A stretch of 64,000 bases of DNA from Candidatus Thorarchaeota archaeon (GTDB lineage: Archaea; Asgardarchaeota; Thorarchaeia; Thorarchaeales; Thorarchaeaceae). The DNA lies in contig JAFGAR010000005.1 of assembly GCA_016933575.1 (NCBI GenBank), positions 1 to 64,000 on the forward strand, read 5' to 3'. Below are positions 10,600-19,900 of the stretch, piece by piece. The stretch's first letter is position 1, and every line of letters starts with the position of its first letter. Position numbers and translations under genes: made by a program. Under the pieces are notes generated by a model that searched no databases, was not told where the DNA came from, and saw nothing but the letters and a program-made list of their open reading frames with translations.

Positions 10600-11442
10600 T
10601 TAGAAGAGTTGCAATGTTGTACGAGAGAGATCGGTTTCGTCTACAATCCCCCTGTCACAATTATCATAGAGGACTTTGAAACCAATGTAAAATGATTTAC
10701 TCCTTTTTCGAACATCAAAATCCATCACAAACGATGCATCAAGTGGGTCAATTCCTAGTCCTGCTTCTAGAAAACCTACGTGAATTAATTTCTCATTAGG
10801 TAACCAACTGTATGGAGTAACACGAGTAAGGACCAAGTTTGGATCAATATCTAATTCAATCGTGATGTTTTGATACGGATGTATGTAGTTGTTCGTAAGA
10901 GTTGAAGTGAGTCTAATCTTATCTTTATCAAGGACCTCCAGTTGTTTCATAATATTGAGTTCAGGAGGTCTATGTTTTCCTTTCTCTTTTTTCCGTCCTC
11001 TTTTGTTCACTCTCCTAGAAATCTTTGTAGATTTATGTTCAAGATCTTTCATTCTCTTTGGAGAGTCCGCCCATCTAACCAATGTTCTGAGTGCGGCCAA
11101 TTTCACTTCATTCAACAAGTACGAGGTAATTCCCTGTGATGACTCCGCATCTCGAATCCCTTTTACGATTGCTGATTTGATGTCTGCAATGCGCATACTC
11201 GAGATTTGTGGCTCTTGATGTAATGATTTGCTTGTTTCTTCTACAAAATCAATAATCTCTTTCCCTATCCTAACGCGGAACTTATTTTCTTCAAACCACT
11301 CCTCTCGAGTAGTATTGCTATATTTTGGTGGAGCTAGTGATTTACAAGCATGTTGCCATGATGTAAGATCTACCTCCTTAAGTCTTTCAAAGACAACCAT
11401 TTTGATATACTTGAGTTGTTTCACACTCGCATTAGACAACAT
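10600..11442 (-). CDS. Hypothetical protein (helical N-terminus, basic linker, beta-rich C-terminal domain)
   Basis: Long ORF with GGGGGA SD before ATG 11442; no recognised family. Confidence 0.6.
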   Translation of the reverse strand: MLSNASVKQLKYIKMVVFERLKEVDLTSWQHACKSLAPPKYSNTTREEWFEENKFRVRIGKEIIDFVEETSKSLHQEPQISSMRIADIKSAIVKGIRDAESSQGITSYLLNEVKLAALRTLVRWADSPKRMKDLEHKSTKISRRVNKRGRKKEKGKHRPPELNIMKQLEVLDKDKIRLTSTLTNNYIHPYQNITIELDIDPNLVLTRVTPYSWLPNEKLIHVGFLEAGLGIDPLDASFVMDFDVRKRSKSFYIGFKVLYDNCDRGIVDETDLSRTTLQLF

Positions 11443-11574
11443 AATTTCCCCCAGATTACCAAGTTTACACACTCTTAGTAATCCGCTCTAGAGTATGGCC
11501 TGTTGATAATTAAACTACTAGAAAACTGGAACTTCTGATTTTGCTCCAAACCACAAGGTCACGCAGTTCACAGA

Positions 11575-11913
11575 TTACTCTAGTCCATGATGCAAGTAGT
11601 GATCTTTCTCCTTTTTGGCACCAAAACTTCGTATTCCCTCAGCCCTGAGCTGACTCTTGATAGCCTTGGCTTGTGAGGCGGAAATTTCTCCCTGTTTGGC
11701 TAGGAAATCGACTATCTCTATAGCTTGTGGTACTGTATCACAGCGTCGTATATAGTCTATAACATCAGGAGTGAATGTCTGTTTCTCCTGGTCTTGTTCG
11801 GATTCTTCAGACATTGTTCGAACACCATCTATCTTGAAAGACTGTGTAGTACCCTCCTCAAGTTCCTTGGTAAGGGATGGGAAGGCCTGACGAAACTCTT
11901 CGTCTTCTGTCAT
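11575..11913 (-). CDS. DUF2095 family protein
   Basis: FPSLTKELE...PDVIDYIRRCDT...GIRSFGAKKE. Confidence 0.8.
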   Translation of the reverse strand: MTEDEEFRQAFPSLTKELEEGTTQSFKIDGVRTMSEESEQDQEKQTFTPDVIDYIRRCDTVPQAIEIVDFLAKQGEISASQAKAIKSQLRAEGIRSFGAKKEKDHYLHHGLE

Positions 11914-12027
11914 TAGTTCTCACCAGATACATGTGGCCAGTCACTGCCATAGCATCTTTCAGGAGTATCTTCCTAGGATTGACTTAAGAGCTTTTTCAAG
12001 ACGCAATGGGTCCATTTAGAGGCAGAA

Positions 12028-13554
12028 TCACTGAAGAAAGCTCCAAGGTAGGTTTTCTTTTCGCCTCTCCGTGTTGTTAGCCAGTGAAAAGAAGGGCACG
12101 CCTGTTTCTTTTTCTGCCCTTCTCCATCCGCCGAAACCTCCGTACCTAGCTGCGGCCTTAATGACTTTCCCGAGAGACCTATCTCCTATTGATAGAGCTG
12201 CTTGAATTCTTGCACTCCTTAAATCAAGAGTTTCCACTGTAACTCGTGGAGTGTTTCTTAATCCCTCTTCAATCTCTTTGATTTTCTTTCGAAGTACCAT
12301 AATTTCTGGTTGAGGTTCAAGCTGCCAGCGTGTTTGCGCCTTAGGAACAAAGGGGTTTACACTTACGGTTACCTTCATTGATGTTTTGTTAGCTATCTCA
12401 CGGACCATATGTATAGTCGATGCAATATCAGAAGGGGTTTCTTCTGGCAATCCAATAATAAAATACAACTTCACAGAATTGTAACCAACTCTCTCTGCAT
12501 ACCCTACTGCTTCATAAATATCAGAATCACTCAGTCCCTTTCCCATGTTCTTCCTCAGAACTTCGGAACCTGTTTCTGGAGCTATTGTAAGAGTACGCTG
12601 ACCTCCCTTGACAAGACAGTCTAAGAGGTTCTCAGAAACAGAGTCAGCTCGTAATGATGGAACCGAAACCTCCAAGCCTTTATTGACTATCCAACAGACC
12701 AGGTCTTCTAGACTATCAAGGTCCCCTAATGACGACCCGATCAACGAAACTTTCTTTGCAGGAGTATGTTGCATACCAGTTTCTACGAGTTTCTTCAAAC
12801 AATCCAGTGATCTAGTTCTTCTCGGTTGGCATATATGCCCTACAAGACAAAATCGACACGAATGCCCACACCCTCGGGTCACTTCAAGTAGGAATGACTT
12901 ACCAAACACAGGTTCAAAGGCTGACCCATCTTCAACGTCTGGGATAATCTGCCTTGTCGGATATACCAACGAATCGAGATCAATGATTATATTTCGACTA
13001 ACTGATGATTGAGTAATTCTTGGTACATATACTCCCTCTATTTCTGCCATTGCTGCAATAACATCATCTCGTGACTCCGCATCCTTTACTGATTCAATGA
13101 TATTATGAATGACCACATCGCCCTCCCCAATCACAAAAGCATCGATAAAGTCTGTATAAGGTTCAGGATTTGCACTTACCACTGGTCCTCCAACAATGAC
13201 TACAGGGTCTTCTGCTGTCCGATCTATAGAAAGTACTGGTATCCCCCCCATCTCGATCATCTGAACGAGATTGAGTATATCCTCCTCATATGTAAGTGTA
13301 AAACCGATAATGTGATTGTTTCTCAATGGACGACCGGTCTCTATTGATAATACTGGGGACTGAGTTTGATATCTGAAATATCGTTCACAAGATGTATCAT
13401 TCCTTGCATTTAATGCTGAATACAGAATGTGCAGAGCCAATCCAGTCATACCAGCACGATATGTTGATGGGTAGCAATAGCCAAAGAGAACATCAACTTG
13501 GCTCGTATTTTTGATGATTGCATTGAACTCTGTTATGGTCTTTGACACCAACAT
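12028..13554 (-). CDS. B12-binding-like/radical SAM protein
   Basis: EVTRGCGHSCRFC CxxxCxxC, GGP...NPEP...GEG, SLRAD, KLYFIIGLP. Confidence 0.85.
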   Translation of the reverse strand: MLVSKTITEFNAIIKNTSQVDVLFGYCYPSTYRAGMTGLALHILYSALNARNDTSCERYFRYQTQSPVLSIETGRPLRNNHIIGFTLTYEEDILNLVQMIEMGGIPVLSIDRTAEDPVVIVGGPVVSANPEPYTDFIDAFVIGEGDVVIHNIIESVKDAESRDDVIAAMAEIEGVYVPRITQSSVSRNIIIDLDSLVYPTRQIIPDVEDGSAFEPVFGKSFLLEVTRGCGHSCRFCLVGHICQPRRTRSLDCLKKLVETGMQHTPAKKVSLIGSSLGDLDSLEDLVCWIVNKGLEVSVPSLRADSVSENLLDCLVKGGQRTLTIAPETGSEVLRKNMGKGLSDSDIYEAVGYAERVGYNSVKLYFIIGLPEETPSDIASTIHMVREIANKTSMKVTVSVNPFVPKAQTRWQLEPQPEIMVLRKKIKEIEEGLRNTPRVTVETLDLRSARIQAALSIGDRSLGKVIKAAARYGGFGGWRRAEKETGVPFFSLANNTERRKENLPWSFLQ

Positions 13555-13561
13555 TGTAACC

Positions 13562-14845
13562 TCATTTGGAGGTCTCTAAGTCTATCACAGTCTGATTCTG
13601 TTTCACAATAACGAGTCTATGTGGCTCAATATCTTTGTCGACAATGACTCCGATTCCTGTTCGCGAATCTTGATGGATTACTACGCCTGGGGCAATCGAT
13701 GTACCAATACCTGTCTTGACATCGTCTCCAATTATCGTTCCTAGTTTTCTCCTTCCAGAGGACTGTCGTTTTCCTTTAACGGTGACAAGCACTGAAGAAT
13801 TATCATGTCGTAGATTTGCAATGATGGTACCAGCACCAAAATTGACACCTGAACCAATTATCGAGTCGCCCACATATGACAAGTGTCCAACTTTTGTGTT
13901 GTCCATGATTATGCTGTTCTTTATCTCAACAGCATTTCCTATCTTGACCTTTTTACCTATCGATGAGTATGCCCTGATATAGCAATTTGGCCCTATTACT
14001 GCTCCCTCTCCAATGAAGACTGGTCCTTCGATGTATGCCCCTCTCTTTATGATTGCGCCTGCTTCTATCACATTCTCTCCCTTGATAACCGCTCCATCTT
14101 CAACAGATCCAAGATTTTTACTGGGCATCTGCTTTAGGATAATTTCGTTGGCTACTAGTAAATCCCAAGGTTTGCCAATATCTAACCACCATGATGGCAG
14201 AGTATATCCTCCAACATTGCCTCTCTCAATTAGCATCCTCAATGAATCAGTTATCTCGTATTCTCCTCTTGGTGATAGTTTTGTCTTTTCGATGGCCTCC
14301 CAGAGTGACTCTCCGATTGCATAGAGCCCTGCATTCACAAGATTGCTGACCATCTGATCCTTTGTTGGCTTTTCAATCAACTCAACAGCTTTCCCATCTT
14401 TTACCAGTACTACACCATATGCACTTGGGTCTTCTATCGCTCTCACGGATAGTGTGAGTTCAAAATCCGATTTCTCATGATATTTGATTAACCCGCTAAA
14501 GCATCCTGGTCCTACCATAATATCTCCATTCATCAAGAGAGCTGAATCATTACCAACGAACTCTCTTGCATGACCTGCAGCATGAGCTGTTCCTTTTCGT
14601 TCTCCCTGTGTTATGAAGGAAATAGAAGATCTGTCCCATTTTCTTGATTCTACAGCTTCTCGCAACTTCTCCTCATGATATCCACAGATAATTAGAATCT
14701 CTTTAATGCCAGCCTCTTCCAATCCTTCTATTGTATGGAAAAGCAAGGGTTTTCCTACAATGGGAAGTAGATGTTTCGGTCGTTTTGCAGATAGAGGTAA
14801 CATCCGGGTAGAATCTCCGGCTGCCATGATTACTGCTTTCTTCAT
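13562..14845 (-). CDS. glmU: Bifunctional sugar-1-phosphate nucleotidylyltransferase/acetyltransferase (archaeal GlmU)
   Basis: AAGDSTRMLPLSAKRPKHLLP, left-handed beta-helix with HLSYVGDS and GRRKLG. Confidence 0.9.
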   Translation of the reverse strand: MKKAVIMAAGDSTRMLPLSAKRPKHLLPIVGKPLLFHTIEGLEEAGIKEILIICGYHEEKLREAVESRKWDRSSISFITQGERKGTAHAAGHAREFVGNDSALLMNGDIMVGPGCFSGLIKYHEKSDFELTLSVRAIEDPSAYGVVLVKDGKAVELIEKPTKDQMVSNLVNAGLYAIGESLWEAIEKTKLSPRGEYEITDSLRMLIERGNVGGYTLPSWWLDIGKPWDLLVANEIILKQMPSKNLGSVEDGAVIKGENVIEAGAIIKRGAYIEGPVFIGEGAVIGPNCYIRAYSSIGKKVKIGNAVEIKNSIIMDNTKVGHLSYVGDSIIGSGVNFGAGTIIANLRHDNSSVLVTVKGKRQSSGRRKLGTIIGDDVKTGIGTSIAPGVVIHQDSRTGIGVIVDKDIEPHRLVIVKQNQTVIDLETSK

Positions 14846-15162
14846 CTTGAGTCGCGATTGTTGTCTCTTCTGCCACATTAAAGGCTTTGCAGATACAACA
14901 ACTGTACAATTGGAAGCATAACGTCAGTAAGAAAATGTCAATCCATGATATGATGATGCCTATACTGCTGTTAGCTGGTAGTTTCGTATAATACGAGGAA
15001 TTAACAATGTTAATAACGCAGTCACACACCGCGTTACAACTTTTCCAGACGGCGATAAGTTAATAAGGAACTTTTCTTATTCAAATGATTAGTTGATTGA
15101 GGCAAAAACTGTCATACAGCGCCTCGTCCAATTTAACCCAATTATAGGGAAGGTAATACAAA

Positions 15163-15408
15163 ATGATGAGCGATATTGAACTTCAGGAAGAGCTCAAGAG
15201 CATGAAGCTCACTAAGAGCCAAATGATTGTCCTGGATATTCTACGAAGCAGTGGTCAAAATGGTGTAACTCCAAAACAACTACTGGACAAGGTTTCCTTT
15301 GCACCACGAACTGTGAGATATGCACTTCGAAAACTTCTGAAGAAGCGATTGATCAAACGTGTTCCATGTCTGCAAGACATGCGACAATGGATTTACGTGC
15401 CTGCATAA
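15163..15408 (+). CDS. Small winged-helix (MarR-like) transcription regulator
   Basis: APRTVRYALRKL...DMRQWIY wHTH pattern. Confidence 0.85.
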   Translation: MMSDIELQEELKSMKLTKSQMIVLDILRSSGQNGVTPKQLLDKVSFAPRTVRYALRKLLKKRLIKRVPCLQDMRQWIYVPA

Positions 15409-15448
15409 AGCACGTTGAAATCCGTTTTTTGTGATAAAACGAAAACAC

Positions 15449-15481
15449 CGACGCTAGTAGCCTCTTGGCTATTAGCCGTCG
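15449..15481 (+). other. Intergenic stem-loop between the two HTH genes
   Basis: cgacg-ctagtagcc-tctt-ggctattag-c-cgtcg inverted repeat. Confidence 0.55.
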
Positions 15482-15535
15482 AGGACATTAAAGAAACACG
15501 CTTGTACGAATTGAAAAAAATGGAGAAGACATTCT

Positions 15536-16222
15536 ATGCATGGGCCAAATCCACTTGAAACTCTCAAGATTCTGACAGGAGAACAGGCAATCGATGCGTA
15601 CAAGGCACTAAGTGATGAACATCGAAGACAAATCCTTCATGCATTGCGAGCAAGGCGAATGTCGACCTCTGAACTCGTTGAGTTTCTATCTGCCCAAGAT
15701 CCAGAAAAAGAGGTCAAACCTCAGACTGTTCGTTACCACATCAAAGAACTTGAAAAGTGCGGTCTGGTTGAACAAGATGGATACGAACCAGCTGGAAATG
15801 GTGATAGCCACATAATGCAGAAGCTATGGCGTGCTACAGCTGAGAATGTATTCATTACTACTGGTAATATGGACGGTCTTCCTACGAGAAATGGTTACGA
15901 TCTTGACAAGACCTTGGACATTGTTGCCACAATGAAAAATCTCGGTCTTCAATTCGAGAGCGAGGATGAAATACGCGAAATTGCAGACGCAATGACTCTA
16001 CGTGATAGAATTTATTTAACAGGTCTTGAACGTGCAAAAGAATCACTCAAAGAGGCCTGTGAGATTGACCCAGCACTCTATGTTGTCTTTCGTAGAATTC
16101 TTAGTGTAGTCAGACTAAATCAAACTGATTACGAAGAATACTGGAAATCCAGTCGAAAGATTACTGATGGTCTTAGAGAGGCATACCGACGAGGCGAGGG
16201 TAAGAATCCTCGAGTCTATTAG
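15536..16222 (+). CDS. ArsR-type winged-helix regulator with C-terminal helical domain
   Basis: KALSDEHRRQILHAL...QTVRYHIKELEKCGLV. Confidence 0.85.
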   Translation: MHGPNPLETLKILTGEQAIDAYKALSDEHRRQILHALRARRMSTSELVEFLSAQDPEKEVKPQTVRYHIKELEKCGLVEQDGYEPAGNGDSHIMQKLWRATAENVFITTGNMDGLPTRNGYDLDKTLDIVATMKNLGLQFESEDEIREIADAMTLRDRIYLTGLERAKESLKEACEIDPALYVVFRRILSVVRLNQTDYEEYWKSSRKITDGLREAYRRGEGKNPRVY

Positions 16223-16232
16223 ATTCCAATAT

Positions 16233-18554
16233 TTACTCTGGTTTCTTCTTATACTCCGGATACTCAACTTGAAGCAATCTGAGTATTCTAGATGCTATCT
16301 TTGGTCCCACACCCTTTACTTTCTGCAGACTCTTGACATCTTCAGAAAAGATTCTCTCAAGAGATCCAAATGCTGTGAGTAAAGCTCGAGATGTTACGGT
16401 ATCAACTCCTGGGAATCCCGATAGAATATATTCCTGCGCCTCCGCATCACTTCCTTTAGTTTCTCCAGAACGAGTACGAAGTGGTTTTTTCGAGGTCACC
16501 TGTTCTAGATGCGCAATACGATACAGAACATTAGCTGTTTCTTCAGCATTTCGTGTCCATATGATTGGTACTTGGATTCGGATTGCAATGGATGCTAGCG
16601 CACCGTATATTGAAGCTGGATTTACAGCTCTTAGACCTGTTATCTGTTCGCCCTCTATGATCAAGACCGGTCGACGGTATGCTGATCGAAGCGCAGTCAA
16701 TTGAACAAAGAGGCGTCCGTCAATTAATGATTGTATGAAGTCTGCAGACTCTTTCCGTTCAACCGCAACATCTTCAGATGCAACATAGTCTCCTATCTCT
16801 AGACTCTCTCCTGAAATCTCAATATTCAAGCGAGCCAGTTCTCGGGCAACAGCTGTTGGCAATTCGCGGGAATCTACAATGAGTTTGATATTTTCTGGCT
16901 CCTCCTTCCTAGGGGCTATGCTAGAAAATGGAACTTCAGACTCATCATTTACTTCATCATCCGCAAATTCTTCCAAACTAGTCTGTTTCTGTTCCTCCTC
17001 CTCCTTTTCTGCATCTTCTAGGGCTCTTGGCATCTTCTTCAATTTACTCATCACACTCCAATGATAGAATTCATCATGAGTTCCCTTTGCTACGAAAATC
17101 ACTACTCTTCCTGGTGAACGACGCCCTGTACGGCCTCGTCTTTGAATATAGGGCACAACTGATGGAACACAATCATAGAAAATAACGAGATTACATTCAG
17201 GGATATCTAATCCCTCTTCACCAACTTGGGTTGCCACGAGAACATTGAACTCGTTGTTTCTAAATCCGTCCAGCACCTCAACCTGCTTCTTCTGGGTGAA
17301 TCCCTTATCTAAACCTCGCGAGCTTTGGCCAACGAAGCGACTCACTCTCACATCATCCAATTGCTCCAGTGTTTCAGTGACCTCAATAGCAGTATCTCGA
17401 AAACGTGTAAAGATCAAGATTCGAGAATCAAGATTAACCGAGAGCTGTTCACTCACTATCTCAAGAATTGAATCTGCTTTTGGATGCCTATGATTTTTTG
17501 ATATAAGGGCTTGAAGGAGGTTCTCAAATTGAACGAACTCAGCCTTTGTGACAAGGTCTTTCACACCTTTGGAGCTTTTCTTATTGCGTATCTCTTCATA
17601 CATCCCTCGGATGTATCTCTGTGTGGGTGCTAATCCCTGCGTTCCAATAAATTCAATGAGATGGACAATTCTCAATAATGCTGTAAGATTTCTGATAACG
17701 AGATATAACCCTCTCGGTGGGCTTGTATATGACCCAATCTCTTTTCTCACAGCACTCTGTACTCTGAGAATCTCTTTGCGAGTCATCCTTCGACTCTCAG
17801 GTAAATTAAAACCATGATTTCCAACTGGTGCTTTGTATTCCTCAATAAGGGAGTAAAGAATGTCCCTTAAGACCTCAATCTCAGAGGGTAATCTGATATA
17901 ATGTACTTCAGAGTCGACAGATACAATGTAATCTCTTACGTCCTTGCTCTTTTCATTTCGTACTTCAACATGGACCAAGCTAAGATTCTCACACACTGTC
18001 TTTACCTGCTCAGCTTGATGCCCAGGGGAGGCTGTGAGACCAAGTGAAAGTTGGTTCTTTCCATGCCTTTCGTATAATTCTGCAATAAACGTGTATGCAT
18101 AATTACCCACGCCGCGGTGCGCTTCGTCATAAACAATCAGTGACACATCAGATAGATCGTAGCTTCTCTGAATGAGATCATTCTGAAGTGCTTGAGGTGT
18201 CATGACAATGACCTTTCCATCCTGCCACGAACTCTTTCGAGTTTCTGGCGAGTCCTGTCCAGTCAGACAGAGAATCGTATCTTCATCCAGATCTAGCACT
18301 CTTCTCATGTAACGCGCTTGTTGGTCCACAAGAGGTCTTGATGGCGCAAGAATCAATACTTTTGAATCGTTATAGAGTTCTAACCTTTTTGCCGCTACAA
18401 GGGCTGCAATTACAGTCTTTCCAAGTCCTGTACTCAATACAATCATTGTGCTCTTCTTTGCGGCAATTTCTGCAAGGTTGACCTGATATGCCCTGTAATC
18501 CACTGTTTTGGCTTTAATCAGAGGCCTTGTAACATATCTATCAGGTTCAGTCAT
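16233..18554 (-). CDS. hef: Hef helicase-nuclease (FANCM/XPF-like): DEAH helicase + ERCC4 nuclease + HhH
   Basis: TGLGKT, DEAH, QRRGRTGR; VDSRE...GDY...VERK nuclease; VKGVGPK HhH. Confidence 0.95.
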   Translation of the reverse strand: MTEPDRYVTRPLIKAKTVDYRAYQVNLAEIAAKKSTMIVLSTGLGKTVIAALVAAKRLELYNDSKVLILAPSRPLVDQQARYMRRVLDLDEDTILCLTGQDSPETRKSSWQDGKVIVMTPQALQNDLIQRSYDLSDVSLIVYDEAHRGVGNYAYTFIAELYERHGKNQLSLGLTASPGHQAEQVKTVCENLSLVHVEVRNEKSKDVRDYIVSVDSEVHYIRLPSEIEVLRDILYSLIEEYKAPVGNHGFNLPESRRMTRKEILRVQSAVRKEIGSYTSPPRGLYLVIRNLTALLRIVHLIEFIGTQGLAPTQRYIRGMYEEIRNKKSSKGVKDLVTKAEFVQFENLLQALISKNHRHPKADSILEIVSEQLSVNLDSRILIFTRFRDTAIEVTETLEQLDDVRVSRFVGQSSRGLDKGFTQKKQVEVLDGFRNNEFNVLVATQVGEEGLDIPECNLVIFYDCVPSVVPYIQRRGRTGRRSPGRVVIFVAKGTHDEFYHWSVMSKLKKMPRALEDAEKEEEEQKQTSLEEFADDEVNDESEVPFSSIAPRKEEPENIKLIVDSRELPTAVARELARLNIEISGESLEIGDYVASEDVAVERKESADFIQSLIDGRLFVQLTALRSAYRRPVLIIEGEQITGLRAVNPASIYGALASIAIRIQVPIIWTRNAEETANVLYRIAHLEQVTSKKPLRTRSGETKGSDAEAQEYILSGFPGVDTVTSRALLTAFGSLERIFSEDVKSLQKVKGVGPKIASRILRLLQVEYPEYKKKPE

Positions 18555-18653
18555 GAAAATAGCCTCAGAGACCGGACGAATCTTTACTAATGAGATAATA
18601 CTCACTGTAAAAAGCCTCCTACAAATACATCTTACAGAACAAGGAGTCTAGAT

Positions 18654-18998
18654 ATGATGACTACTACAGCCAAGGAACCAATGCCAAGCATCGAAGCAGA
18701 ACTCTATGAGCTAAAGATGCCAGGTCGACTACTGGGGAAGGAAGTGCTTGACAATAGGGCTCGGCGTATTGGGATAGTACGAAGTATACGAATTGCACTT
18801 CATCCAATTCGCTCAGAACTTATCGTAAAAGGTGCTGAAGTTGAATTTCCTGTTGATTTTTCAAAGGTGGATGCTGTTGGTACTGTTGTCCAGCTTAATT
18901 CTGTGGTAAAAGAAGCAGAAGAAATAGAGGTTCATGATGTCATTCGACTACAAAAAGAGGTTCTTGATGATATCAAGTCATGCCTTGGAGGAAGATGA
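18654..18998 (+). CDS. PRC-barrel domain protein
   Basis: LLGKEVLDNRARRIGIVRSI...VDAVGTVVQL. Confidence 0.7.
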   Translation: MMTTTAKEPMPSIEAELYELKMPGRLLGKEVLDNRARRIGIVRSIRIALHPIRSELIVKGAEVEFPVDFSKVDAVGTVVQLNSVVKEAEEIEVHDVIRLQKEVLDDIKSCLGGR

Positions 18999-19066
18999 TT
19001 CCTTCAGATACCAATTCGAAGGGTTAATACAGACTGAGGTTCTTTTCCACATCCGGAGGCTTACCT

Positions 19067-19888
19067 ATGGTCCTCTCTGTGGAAGAATTGGCTCAGCTAA
19101 TTGATCATACTGTACTGAAACCAGAAACAACACGAAGCAAGATTAAGCAACTCTGTGAAGAGGCGATAGACTATCACTTTGCCGCAGTTTGTATCAATGC
19201 TGTACATGTTGAGTATGCTGCTGAACTCTTGAAGAACTCAGAAGTGAAAGTCTGCTGTGTTGTCGGATTTCCCCTTGGAGCCACACTCTCCAAAGTGAAG
19301 GCTATAGAGGCAAAAGAAGCGGTTGCCTTGGGTGCTCATGAAATTGATATGGTAATGAATATCGGAGCTCTCCGTGATGAGAACTTTGACCTCGTTAAGA
19401 GTGATATCGAAGCAGTTGTTGCTGCATCTGGGGACGCACACGTGAAAGTTATTCTCGAAACAGGACTCTTGAAAGATGACCAAAAGGTAAAAGCTTGCCT
19501 GATATGCAAGGAAGCCGGAGCTGATTTTGTCAAGACCTCTACTGGATTTGGACCCATGGGCGCAACACCTCATGATGTTCGATTGATGCGTGAAACCGTT
19601 GGGCCAGATATGGGTGTGAAAGCAGCAGGAGGAATTCGCACTTTCAAGGAAGCTCTCAGAGTTGTTGATGCTGGAGCAAACAGAATTGGCACGAGCTCAG
19701 GCATTGCAATAATCGAGGACTATCGTTGGGTCCAATACAGTGATTCTTGGATGCAACCTGACAAACCCTGCTGGACCTGTCCCAGTCGTATGGCAAATCT
19801 TTCAAAACAACCGAAGGAAGTGTACCTCTGGTACAAACAACGTTGCCTGACATGTCCTGATAAGGACCAGAATGTGTTCACTGATTAG
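19067..19888 (+). CDS. deoC: Deoxyribose-phosphate aldolase with Cys-rich C-terminal extension
   Basis: IDHTVLKP, VGFPLG, EIDMV, FVKTSTGF, VKAAGGIR, RIGTSS; extra CWTC...CLTC tail. Confidence 0.95.
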   Translation: MVLSVEELAQLIDHTVLKPETTRSKIKQLCEEAIDYHFAAVCINAVHVEYAAELLKNSEVKVCCVVGFPLGATLSKVKAIEAKEAVALGAHEIDMVMNIGALRDENFDLVKSDIEAVVAASGDAHVKVILETGLLKDDQKVKACLICKEAGADFVKTSTGFGPMGATPHDVRLMRETVGPDMGVKAAGGIRTFKEALRVVDAGANRIGTSSGIAIIEDYRWVQYSDSWMQPDKPCWTCPSRMANLSKQPKEVYLWYKQRCLTCPDKDQNVFTD

Positions 19889-19900
19889 GAGGTTTAATAA

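Noticed and set aside
14950-14956. ATGATGA as the C box of a C/D sRNA
   Set aside because: No CTGA D box at a suitable distance
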